From assembly GCA_965217585.1 (NCBI GenBank), contig OZ244561.1, positions 5,120,001 to 5,184,000 on the forward strand: 64,000 nt of DNA, given 5' to 3'. How positions within the stretch are numbered: position 1 is the first letter of the stretch; each line of letters opens with the position of its first letter. A program made the translations under genes and the position numbers. The DNA is from Candidatus Latescibacterota bacterium. GTDB taxonomy: Bacteria; Latescibacterota; UBA2968; UBA8231. The notes beneath the pieces are model-generated. The model made no database searches, was not told where the DNA came from, and saw only the letters and a list, made by a program, of their open reading frames with translations. Below, one piece after another: positions 56,519-64,000 of this stretch.

Positions 56519-57427
56519 TTAGTCGGAAAGCCCCAAGTCGAAGACCATGTTGGTGATCTTCCACGAGCCGGAGCGGCGGCTCAGCGTCCAGAACACGTAG
56601 CGTTCCTTGTGGTGTTTGGCCGGCCCTTTGACGTGCTCGACGGCCACTTTTTCGCGCGTGACGGCCAATGCTTCGTCGCCGGTAGGGCCTATGGCCGCGT
56701 GGAGGACTTTGCGGTCGAGCACGTACTGCACGTAGGGCAGCCGCTTGTCGAGCCACTTTTCCAGTTCCTCGCTGCCGCAGAAGGCGATTTTATAGGAGGC
56801 CGGTTTGAAAGCACCCAAGGCGTCGTAGCCCGTGAAGTTTGCGTCGAAGAAGCCGAGGATGCCGCTTCCCGCTTCCCACGCTTGGCTTTCGCGCTGCAAC
56901 AGCTCGGTGATCTCGCCGTTGGCGGGCGCGCCGGCTGTGGGCAAGAGCGTGTCACCCAAATCCGCGACCATGGCCGTGGCCAGCCAGTCGTCTTCTTCCT
57001 TGAGGAAGGTCCAGAAGCGGTGGATGGCAACCGGCGTGGCCTCGCTAGTCTGGCGATCGACGACGCGCCCGGAGTCCACGCTGGTGGCAATGGCGTGGGT
57101 TGTGCGCACCGCGATAAAGGGAACCGTGCGCGTGATCTCGTAGCGCCGGACGCTGAGATCCGCAGCTAGCTGGTCGGCGAACGCATCGCGGTTTTCGTAC
57201 AGGACCGTCCAAGCGCGAGGGTCGCCATTGGCGTGGCCCTGATAGGCGACGAAGTGCGGGTGGTACGCCTTGAGGGCCAGCTCGGCATCGGCCCGGCGAT
57301 ACCCGGAGATGTCGTTGGCGAGAGCTTGGCGGATGAGGAGGGTCTCGGGCGTTTCGCCGGCGCGGCTGGGCGCGGCAAACGGCGGCAGGGCCAAGAGTGC
57401 GAACAAGAAGCAGATTGCATTTTGCAT
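56519..57427 (-). CDS. Exported protein with two NTF2/SnoaL-like domains
   Basis: Signal peptide; two repeats ending FWTFLKEEDDWL / FWTLSRRSGSWKI. Confidence 0.6.
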   Translation of the reverse strand: MQNAICFLFALLALPPFAAPSRAGETPETLLIRQALANDISGYRRADAELALKAYHPHFVAYQGHANGDPRAWTVLYENRDAFADQLAADLSVRRYEITRTVPFIAVRTTHAIATSVDSGRVVDRQTSEATPVAIHRFWTFLKEEDDWLATAMVADLGDTLLPTAGAPANGEITELLQRESQAWEAGSGILGFFDANFTGYDALGAFKPASYKIAFCGSEELEKWLDKRLPYVQYVLDRKVLHAAIGPTGDEALAVTREKVAVEHVKGPAKHHKERYVFWTLSRRSGSWKITNMVFDLGLSD

Positions 57428-57447
57428 GGCGCGAAAGGGGGTTAGAG

Positions 57448-58662
57448 TCAACTCGATCCGAGCTGACCTAAGGCCCACTCGGCGTAGTAGGAGACGGTGG
57501 CGTCGCTGTCGCGGCGCAATTTTTCTAGCTGAGCGCGGCTTTGGACATCGCCGATTTGGCCGAGGGCAATGGCCGCATTGGCGCGCACATCGGCGACTTC
57601 GTCCATGGTGGCCGCCAGCAGGGCGCTGAGGGCAGACTGCACTCGTGCTTGGCCCAAGACTTGGGCCGCGCCCGCGCGGGCGAGCGGATCCTCGGCGTTG
57701 AGGGCGGCTATAAGCTGGGCTTGGACCGCGCCGGATTGTTGCTGGACGCGGGTGAGGAACTTGACGGCATTGGCGCGGAGGATGGAGTCGGTATTACGCA
57801 GGGCCTCAAAGAGGAACTCAATGCCTTGGCTGCGCCCCATGGTGGCTAGGGCGGCAGCCGTGCTAAAGCGCACTTGATTGCTGGGGTCTGTCAGCAGGCC
57901 GGTAAGGGCGACCGCCGCGCCTTCGTCGCCGATGTAGCCGAGGGCTTGTGCAGCGCGCTGGCGGTGGACTGGCTCTTCGGCCTCTAACAGGGCGATGAGC
58001 TGGTCTTTGACCCTGGCTATCACCGAGCGCAGCTCGCTTTGGTGAGGGCCGGCGCGGATGCTCAGCTCCACGAGCAGCGGGACTCCGAAGTAGCCGGCTT
58101 CCTCTAGCCCTTGCAAGGCGGTTTGGGCTAACTCCGGGTCGCTGCCGGTTAGGGCTGCTTCGATTTCGCTGGTGCCGAGCTCGTCGTCCATTTTAAGCAG
58201 GGCAATGGCCGCGTGAATGCGGATGATGGGGTCGGGGTCGTCGAGCTGGACTTTGGCTGCATCCACGCCCTCTTGGACGTAGCCGACTTGGCCCATGGCC
58301 CACAGGCAAGCGATGCGCTCGCGGTCGGTGTAAGCGGTTGTGATCCGATCCTTGAGCGCGGCCGTGGCTCCGCGCGGCTTGATGTGGCCTAAGGCTAGGG
58401 CACAGCCGATGCGGAGCTTTTCCTGCTCATCGCGGAATTCCCGGTAGTTTTCGCCGAGGTACAGGTCGGGGTTGAGGCGGGCGATGAGTTGGCGGGCAGC
58501 CGGCCGGCCAATGGCGGCCAACTCGTCGATGGATTGCTGATAGGCGGGCGAATCTACCGGATTGGCAGCCATCTGTTCTAGGAGCTCGACGACCTGTTCT
58601 TCGGTGGTGCTACAGGCGCTGAGACCCAATAGGAGCAGGCAGGTTAGGCGCTTGGCAGTCAT
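57448..58662 (-). CDS. HEAT/PBS-lyase repeat lipoprotein
   Basis: Lipobox LSAC; repeated VRxxAAxALG units. Confidence 0.82.
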   Translation of the reverse strand: MTAKRLTCLLLLGLSACSTTEEQVVELLEQMAANPVDSPAYQQSIDELAAIGRPAARQLIARLNPDLYLGENYREFRDEQEKLRIGCALALGHIKPRGATAALKDRITTAYTDRERIACLWAMGQVGYVQEGVDAAKVQLDDPDPIIRIHAAIALLKMDDELGTSEIEAALTGSDPELAQTALQGLEEAGYFGVPLLVELSIRAGPHQSELRSVIARVKDQLIALLEAEEPVHRQRAAQALGYIGDEGAAVALTGLLTDPSNQVRFSTAAALATMGRSQGIEFLFEALRNTDSILRANAVKFLTRVQQQSGAVQAQLIAALNAEDPLARAGAAQVLGQARVQSALSALLAATMDEVADVRANAAIALGQIGDVQSRAQLEKLRRDSDATVSYYAEWALGQLGSS

Positions 58663-58722
58663 GGTATATGAGGGGTTAGAGGTGGCGGAATGCGGATAAG
58701 GTAAGCCGTGAGACGCCATAAA

Positions 58723-60972
58723 TCAATTCTTAGGTGCTGCGCCCGCATCACTCCCTTGCCGCCCTTCCGCTACGACAAATACCTGAGGCGTCGTCCAAGT
58801 CACCGTGCGGTTGGCCAAGCCCTGCTCGAAGAACTTGCGCACCTGCCGCAGTTCGCCTTCGTCGAGATGCTGGGTTAGATGGTGGGCGTACGTGTGCCGT
58901 TTATCGCCGCCGGGATTGAACCAGTGCGCGAGATGGCGCAGCTCGATGTGCCGCTGCGACTGGACTGCTTCCACCCGCACCTGCACCGCGCCAAAGCCCG
59001 CAGCCGCGAACATCTGTTCGAGATCTGCGGCATCCCAGTTGACTCGTGGGTTGTCGGGCACGGCGTAGATGGCCTCTTCGGCGGCGACGAGTCGCTCGGC
59101 TAGGTCGCCGAGCTGCTGTAAGTCGAGTAGCTGATACAGGCGTTGCGACCGGCGCGAGAGGGTCTCGACCAAGCTGACGCGACCCTGTGGGGCGAGGTGG
59201 CGATGCAGGGCCGCGACGACTTCGGCCTTTTGTGCTAGCGCGCCGAGGGCGTTGCGCCCTACGATGGCGTCAAAGAGAATATCGGGAGCGCAGGCGGCGA
59301 GCTGGTCGGCGAGAGTGGCGAGCGGGCCTTGCAGCACTTGGGGCCGCTCGATCTCGGCTAGGTGGGCGGCGGTTTCGTGCAGGGCCACGGCCGCGATCTT
59401 GTCGCTGGTGTGCGCCCAGACGCCTCCTTCGGGCACGCGCCGCAGAGCTTCCCAAGTGAGCAGACCCGTGCCGGCCTCCAAGTCGAGGACGAGGTGGTGG
59501 CGCGCGAGTGTGAGCGGGGCTAAGAGGCGTTGGCGCGTGCGCTCTAGTTGGGTGCCAACGTCGCCGCTGGCGCGCTTGAGCCATTGGTCGCGCGCTTGGT
59601 CGGCCGGGGACAGGGACAATATCTCGGCTGGGGCGGACTCTGCTTCGAGCATGGCGGCGAGCTGTAACTCGCGGCGTTGGCGGACGCGGTCGCCAGCTTC
59701 TTTTTCTCGGCCTTGGTCTGAGGGCTGGTAGAAGATGCGGCCCTGCAGACCGGTGGGCAGGTACTGCTGGGCGACCCAGTGTTCGCGGTAGGCGTGGGGG
59801 TAGAGATAGCCGGCACCGTGGCCAAAGTCCTCGCTGTCGCGGCTGGCGTCTTTGAGGTGGGTGGGCACCTCGCCTTCGCGCTCTTTTTCCACGACCGCCA
59901 GCGCGTCGAAGAAGGCCATAGTCGAGTTGCTCTTGGGCGCGGTAGCCAAGTACAAGGCGGCGTGAGCCAGTGGAAAGCGCCCCTCGGGCAGGCCGATGCG
60001 ATCGAAGGATTCAGCCGCGGCTATAACGACTTGGAGGGCGCGCTCGTCGGCGAGGCCGACGTCCTCGCTGGCGAAGATGAGCATGCGGCGGAAGAGGAAG
60101 CGCGGGTCTTCGCCGGCGTACACCATCCGCGCCAGCCAGTAGAGGGTGGCGTCTGGGTCCGAGCCGCGCATGGATTTGATAAAGGCGCTGATGGCGTCGA
60201 AGTGGTAGTCGCCCTCCTTGTCGTAGAGCAGGGCGCGCCGCTGGATGGACTCCTCGGCCACCGCTAGGTCGATGGCGATTCGCCCTTGGGTGTCTGGATC
60301 GGTGGTTTCGACCGCTAGTTCTAGGGCGTTGAGTAGGGCGCGGGCGTCGCCGTTGGCCACGTCGATCAGGTGTGCGAGAGAGTCGGGGTGCAGGGCGACG
60401 CGGAGATGGCCGTAGCCGCGCGAGTCGGTGAGCGCCTGTTGGGCGATGCGCGCGAGGGCTTCGGAGCTAAGGCCCTGTAGCTGAAAGACCCGGCTGCGCG
60501 AGAGCAGGGGGCGGTTGACCGAAAAATAAGGATTCTCGGTGGTCGCACCGATGAGGATAATAGTGCCGTTTTCAACCCACGGCAGGAGCGCGTCTTGCTG
60601 GGCCTTGTTGAAGCGGTGGACCTCGTCGATGAAGAGGATGGTTTTGCGGCTGTGCAGCTTGCGCAACTGGCCGGCTTCATCGACGGCCCGGCGGATGTCG
60701 GCGACTCCGGCCAAGACGGCGTTGATGGAGATAAAATGGGCGCGGGTGGTGTGGGCGATGACGGCGGCGAGCGTGGTTTTGCCAGTGCCGGGCGGGCCGT
60801 AGAAAATTAGCGAGGAAAGTTGGTCGGCCTCAATGGCGCGTCGCAGCAGGCGGCCCGGCCCGAGAATGTGGTCTTGGCCGACGTATTCGTCTAAGGTGCG
60901 CGGCCGCAGGCGGGCGGCTAGGGGTTGGTCCGCCACTTGGCGATCCCGAAGTCCGGCGTCAAAGAGATCCAT
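58723..60972 (-). CDS. rarA: Replication-associated recombination protein A with C-terminal methyltransferase-like extension
   Basis: [46 protein letters not shown]; C-terminal VLDLEAGTG. Confidence 0.92.
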   Translation of the reverse strand: MDLFDAGLRDRQVADQPLAARLRPRTLDEYVGQDHILGPGRLLRRAIEADQLSSLIFYGPPGTGKTTLAAVIAHTTRAHFISINAVLAGVADIRRAVDEAGQLRKLHSRKTILFIDEVHRFNKAQQDALLPWVENGTIILIGATTENPYFSVNRPLLSRSRVFQLQGLSSEALARIAQQALTDSRGYGHLRVALHPDSLAHLIDVANGDARALLNALELAVETTDPDTQGRIAIDLAVAEESIQRRALLYDKEGDYHFDAISAFIKSMRGSDPDATLYWLARMVYAGEDPRFLFRRMLIFASEDVGLADERALQVVIAAAESFDRIGLPEGRFPLAHAALYLATAPKSNSTMAFFDALAVVEKEREGEVPTHLKDASRDSEDFGHGAGYLYPHAYREHWVAQQYLPTGLQGRIFYQPSDQGREKEAGDRVRQRRELQLAAMLEAESAPAEILSLSPADQARDQWLKRASGDVGTQLERTRQRLLAPLTLARHHLVLDLEAGTGLLTWEALRRVPEGGVWAHTSDKIAAVALHETAAHLAEIERPQVLQGPLATLADQLAACAPDILFDAIVGRNALGALAQKAEVVAALHRHLAPQGRVSLVETLSRRSQRLYQLLDLQQLGDLAERLVAAEEAIYAVPDNPRVNWDAADLEQMFAAAGFGAVQVRVEAVQSQRHIELRHLAHWFNPGGDKRHTYAHHLTQHLDEGELRQVRKFFEQGLANRTVTWTTPQVFVVAEGRQGSDAGAAPKN

Positions 60973-61110
60973 TCTTCACCTCTGGGGAAAGAAGGCGCGG
61001 ACTAAAAACATAACGACTCAGTTGAACCGCGTGAACCCCTCCGCGCGTAGCGGCTAGGCCGTCTCTTCTTTATGTTTTCTGAGGAAGCAGTTTTACGCTG
61101 GAGAAGCCAT

Positions 61111-62232
61111 GTGAAAATTACCCGTTTGGAACTACATTCGGTGGCGGCGTCGCATCGCGGCAATTGGCTCTTCGTGCAAGTCCACACCGACGCCGGACTA
61201 AGCGGGCTGGGCGAAGCGAGCCAGAGCGGCAACGACGGCTTGGTCGCGGCCGCGCTGGAACAATTGGGGCCGCGGTTGGTGGGCGCGGACCCGACCCAGG
61301 TAGAGGTGTTGTGGGAACAGATGGTGCGGGGGGCGGCGATTTTCTCGGGCGACGCCGGCCGCGTCGGGGCCACGGCGCGGAGCGCGATCGACCAAGCGCT
61401 GTGGGATTTGGCCGGCAAGGCGCTCGGGGTGCCGGCTTGGCGTCTGCTGGGCGGCAAGCGGCGCGACTCCGTGCGATTGTACGCCAATCTCAACCGCGGC
61501 ACCCGGGACCGCAGTCCACAGGGGTTTGCCGATGCGGCGCGCCGAGCGGTCGATGCCGGCTTTGGTGCCGTCAAAAGCACGCCCTTTGACGAGGTGCATT
61601 GGCGGCGGATGGATCGGAGTGGGGTCGAGCGCGACGCGGACAAAGGGATCGCGCGGCTCGTGGCGACGCGGGAGGCCATTGGCAACGAAATCGAGCTGTT
61701 GGTGGATTGCCATCAGCGCTTTGACTTGGCGTTGGCTTTTAAGATGGCCGAAAAGGTGCGTCCACTCGATCTTTACTGGTTTGAGGAGCCGGTGCCACGC
61801 GATCATGTTGATGCGCTACGCCAGTTGCGGCTGCACTCGGGCCAGACTATTGCCGGCGGAGAGTCGCTCGTCGGTCGCGAGGGCTTTTGGCCCTACATCG
61901 CCCAAGGAGCAGTGGATGTGCTGATGCCGGATGTCAAACACGCCGGCGGCATTACCGAATGCCGCCGCATTGCCGCGCTGGCCGAGGTGGCGCAGATGCC
62001 AATCGCGCCCCACAGCCCGGCGGGTCCGGTATCGACGATGGCCGGGGTACACTTGGCAGCGACGATTGCCAACTTTACGGTGCTCGAATTCGCGTTTGGC
62101 GAGGTGGATTGGCGCGGCGAGTTGGTGCGCCCTGCGGAAACCATATTAGCCGGCCACATCCGGGTGCCGGACGCGCCCGGTTTGGGAATTGAACTCGACG
62201 AAGCGGTGCTTATGGCGCACCGGGTGCAATAA
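61111..62232 (+). CDS. Mandelate racemase/galactonate dehydratase (DgoD-like) enolase superfamily protein
   Basis: TDAGLSGLGE, SAIDQALWDLAGK, VDCH, FEEP, GGE, APH. Confidence 0.85.
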   Translation: MKITRLELHSVAASHRGNWLFVQVHTDAGLSGLGEASQSGNDGLVAAALEQLGPRLVGADPTQVEVLWEQMVRGAAIFSGDAGRVGATARSAIDQALWDLAGKALGVPAWRLLGGKRRDSVRLYANLNRGTRDRSPQGFADAARRAVDAGFGAVKSTPFDEVHWRRMDRSGVERDADKGIARLVATREAIGNEIELLVDCHQRFDLALAFKMAEKVRPLDLYWFEEPVPRDHVDALRQLRLHSGQTIAGGESLVGREGFWPYIAQGAVDVLMPDVKHAGGITECRRIAALAEVAQMPIAPHSPAGPVSTMAGVHLAATIANFTVLEFAFGEVDWRGELVRPAETILAGHIRVPDAPGLGIELDEAVLMAHRVQ

Positions 62233-62838
62233 ATGTTCTGTCGACTCGACGAAGCGATTGCGGATTTCCGCGCTGGTAAGTTCCTAGTCTTAGTGGATGC
62301 GCGCGAGCGGGAAGACGAAGGCGATTTGATCGTGGCCGCGGAATACGTTTCGGGTGCCGCGATCAATCAAATGCTCAAAGAGGCGCGTGGCATGCTGCAC
62401 CTAGCCACGACCGAGGAACATCTGGCGCGTCTCGGCGTCGGCCTGATTGAGCCGCACAACGCCGACTGGACGACTCCGCGCTTCGGCCTGCCGTTTGACG
62501 CGCTAGAGGGAATTGAAACCGGCGTCTCGGCTGAAGACCGCGCCACGTCCATCCGGCGCGCCCTCCAGCCGGATACCGGCCCCGACGATATCGTCATCCC
62601 TGGGCACGTGTTGCCCTTAGCCGCCCGCCCAGAAGGGTTGCTGAGCCGCCAGGGGCACACCGAGGGCGCGGTGGAGTTGGCCCGTCAGGCCGAACTTTTT
62701 CCGGCGGCGGTGCTGTCCGAAGTGATGGCTCCCGACGGCTCAATGGCCAAGGGCCAGCAACTGGTGGACTTTGCCCGCCGCTTCGGTTGCCGCGTAATCG
62801 ACATCGAGCAAATCCACCAAGCCGTGCTGCGCGGGTGA
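62233..62838 (+). CDS. ribB: 3,4-dihydroxy-2-butanone 4-phosphate synthase
   Basis: REDEGDL, TGVSAEDR, PGHV.PL, RQGHTE. Confidence 0.9.
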   Translation: MFCRLDEAIADFRAGKFLVLVDAREREDEGDLIVAAEYVSGAAINQMLKEARGMLHLATTEEHLARLGVGLIEPHNADWTTPRFGLPFDALEGIETGVSAEDRATSIRRALQPDTGPDDIVIPGHVLPLAARPEGLLSRQGHTEGAVELARQAELFPAAVLSEVMAPDGSMAKGQQLVDFARRFGCRVIDIEQIHQAVLRG

Positions 62839-62895
62839 TGTTGGGAATTGGGAATTCCTAATTCCTCCCACCCTTATCTCTCCTTCGAGGTTCCC

Positions 62896-64000
62896 ATGTA
62901 CAATCTCATCCTTCTTCTCATTTTAGTGCTCTGCGGGCGGCTCAACGCCGACGATCACCCGGTGCGGGCTAATTTTCTGGCCGATGTAGATGCTGTGGTT
63001 CCAGGCCAGCCCTTCCGGCTGGGGGTCGAGCTGAAGATGGAGGAGAAGTGGCATACCTATTGGATTTTTAGCGGCGACGCTGGCTTGCCGATCGAAGTCG
63101 AATGGCAACTACCGGCCGGTGTTGTGGCAGGACCGTTGCAATGGCCCTTGCCTAACAAATTCGAGGAACAGGGAGAACTGGTGGTCTATGGGTATGCCGA
63201 CGAAGTGCTACTCATGGCCGAGGCTACCGCACCGAAGGAGTTGGCCGCAGGGGATACGCTGCGCCTTGCAGCCGAGGTCTCCTGGCTGGTGTGCCGCGAA
63301 CTGTGCATCCCCGGCGAGGCGTCGTTGACGTTGGCGCTGCCAGTGGCCGCCGTCGGCAAGCCGAGTACCCAGCAGGCGCAATTTGACCGCTATGCGGCGC
63401 AGGTGCCGGGCGCGTTGGACGAGCGCATTGCGGTAGAACTCGCCGTGCGGGGCGAAGGGGCTATAGAGGTTGACGTGCGCCTTTCCCACGAGGGTAAATC
63501 TTTCGAGCAGGGCGAACAGGTGCCCGACTTTTACCCGCTGGCGGCCGACGGTTTTGCATTTTCCACTCGGCGTCTAGCTGCCGATCGCCTCGTGCTTTCT
63601 CTCGAACCCTACGGGGCTGCCAAAGTCGATACTTTGCGCGGAGTGCTCGTCTATGGGCTAGCTGACGAGGTGCAAGCCGGGACGCTGGCGCTGGATTTGC
63701 GCGCTGCGCCGCGCCAAGGAGGGGGGATCTTGGAGCGGGATTATCGCGCGGCTAGCGGGGAGGTCGCCCGGTCGCTGTGGGTCTATATCGCCTTTGCGGT
63801 GCTGGGTGGGTTGATCCTCAACTTGATGCCCTGTGTGTTGCCGGTCATCTCGCTCAAGGTGCTCGGGTTTGTCAATCAAGCCGGCGAGGAGACCAAGCGG
63901 GTGCAGCAACTAGGGTGGGCGTTTTGCGCCGGTATTGTGGCCACTTTTTTGGCGCTGGCGCTAGCGGTGCTCTTGGTCAAAAGCAGTGGTGAGCAGATCG
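62896..64000 (+). CDS. dsbD: Thiol:disulfide interchange protein DsbD, truncated by window end
   Basis: Read directly from ATG 62896 (absent from ORF track because no stop): WHTYW, WLVCRELCIP, GGLILNLMPCVLPV. Confidence 0.88.
   Translation, partial: MYNLILLLILVLCGRLNADDHPVRANFLADVDAVVPGQPFRLGVELKMEEKWHTYWIFSGDAGLPIEVEWQLPAGVVAGPLQWPLPNKFEEQGELVVYGYADEVLLMAEATAPKELAAGDTLRLAAEVSWLVCRELCIPGEASLTLALPVAAVGKPSTQQAQFDRYAAQVPGALDERIAVELAVRGEGAIEVDVRLSHEGKSFEQGEQVPDFYPLAADGFAFSTRRLAADRLVLSLEPYGAAKVDTLRGVLVYGLADEVQAGTLALDLRAAPRQGGGILERDYRAASGEVARSLWVYIAFAVLGGLILNLMPCVLPVISLKVLGFVNQAGEETKRVQQLGWAFCAGIVATFLALALAVLLVKSSGEQI

Noticed and set aside
62842-62870. GGGAATT heptamer palindrome between ribB and dsbD
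   Set aside because: Short single-copy hairpin, probably a terminator or stability element; insufficient evidence for more

Overview
High-GC bacterial chromosomal window. Gene content (LptE, Lnt, TatC, BMC vertex proteins, HEAT-repeat lipoprotein) indicates a diderm. An FCB-group/Latescibacterota-like organism is my tentative guess, not proven. The backbone is housekeeping and metabolic: ABC-2 exporter, acyl-ACP desaturase, ispH, manC, radC, mnmG, lipA, coaX, ctpA, lptE, rarA, ribB, dsbD. It also has a ~13 kb corrinoid methyl-transfer/split methionine-synthase operon with a FadR-type operator. Several accessory pieces interrupt it: a TnpB-only IS200/IS605 element with recognisable ends; a foreign dipeptide-type ABC cassette bracketed by a 156-bp direct repeat; a tandem array of four paralogous exported glycine-zipper proteins with conserved ends, variable Cys-loops and a conserved spacer; and a three-gene cassette led by a Tse2-like ADP-ribosyltransferase inside the methyl-transfer operon. 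Other oddities are an Lnt-TatC fusion, a dual-coding 24-bp repeat that multiplies the lptE start, a sigma54 HTH-PspA operon studded with REP-like hairpins, tandem LexA-like operators, and a triplet of BMC-P genes. No rRNA, tRNA or CRISPR array was seen. All family assignments are by motif recognition; no database searches were run.
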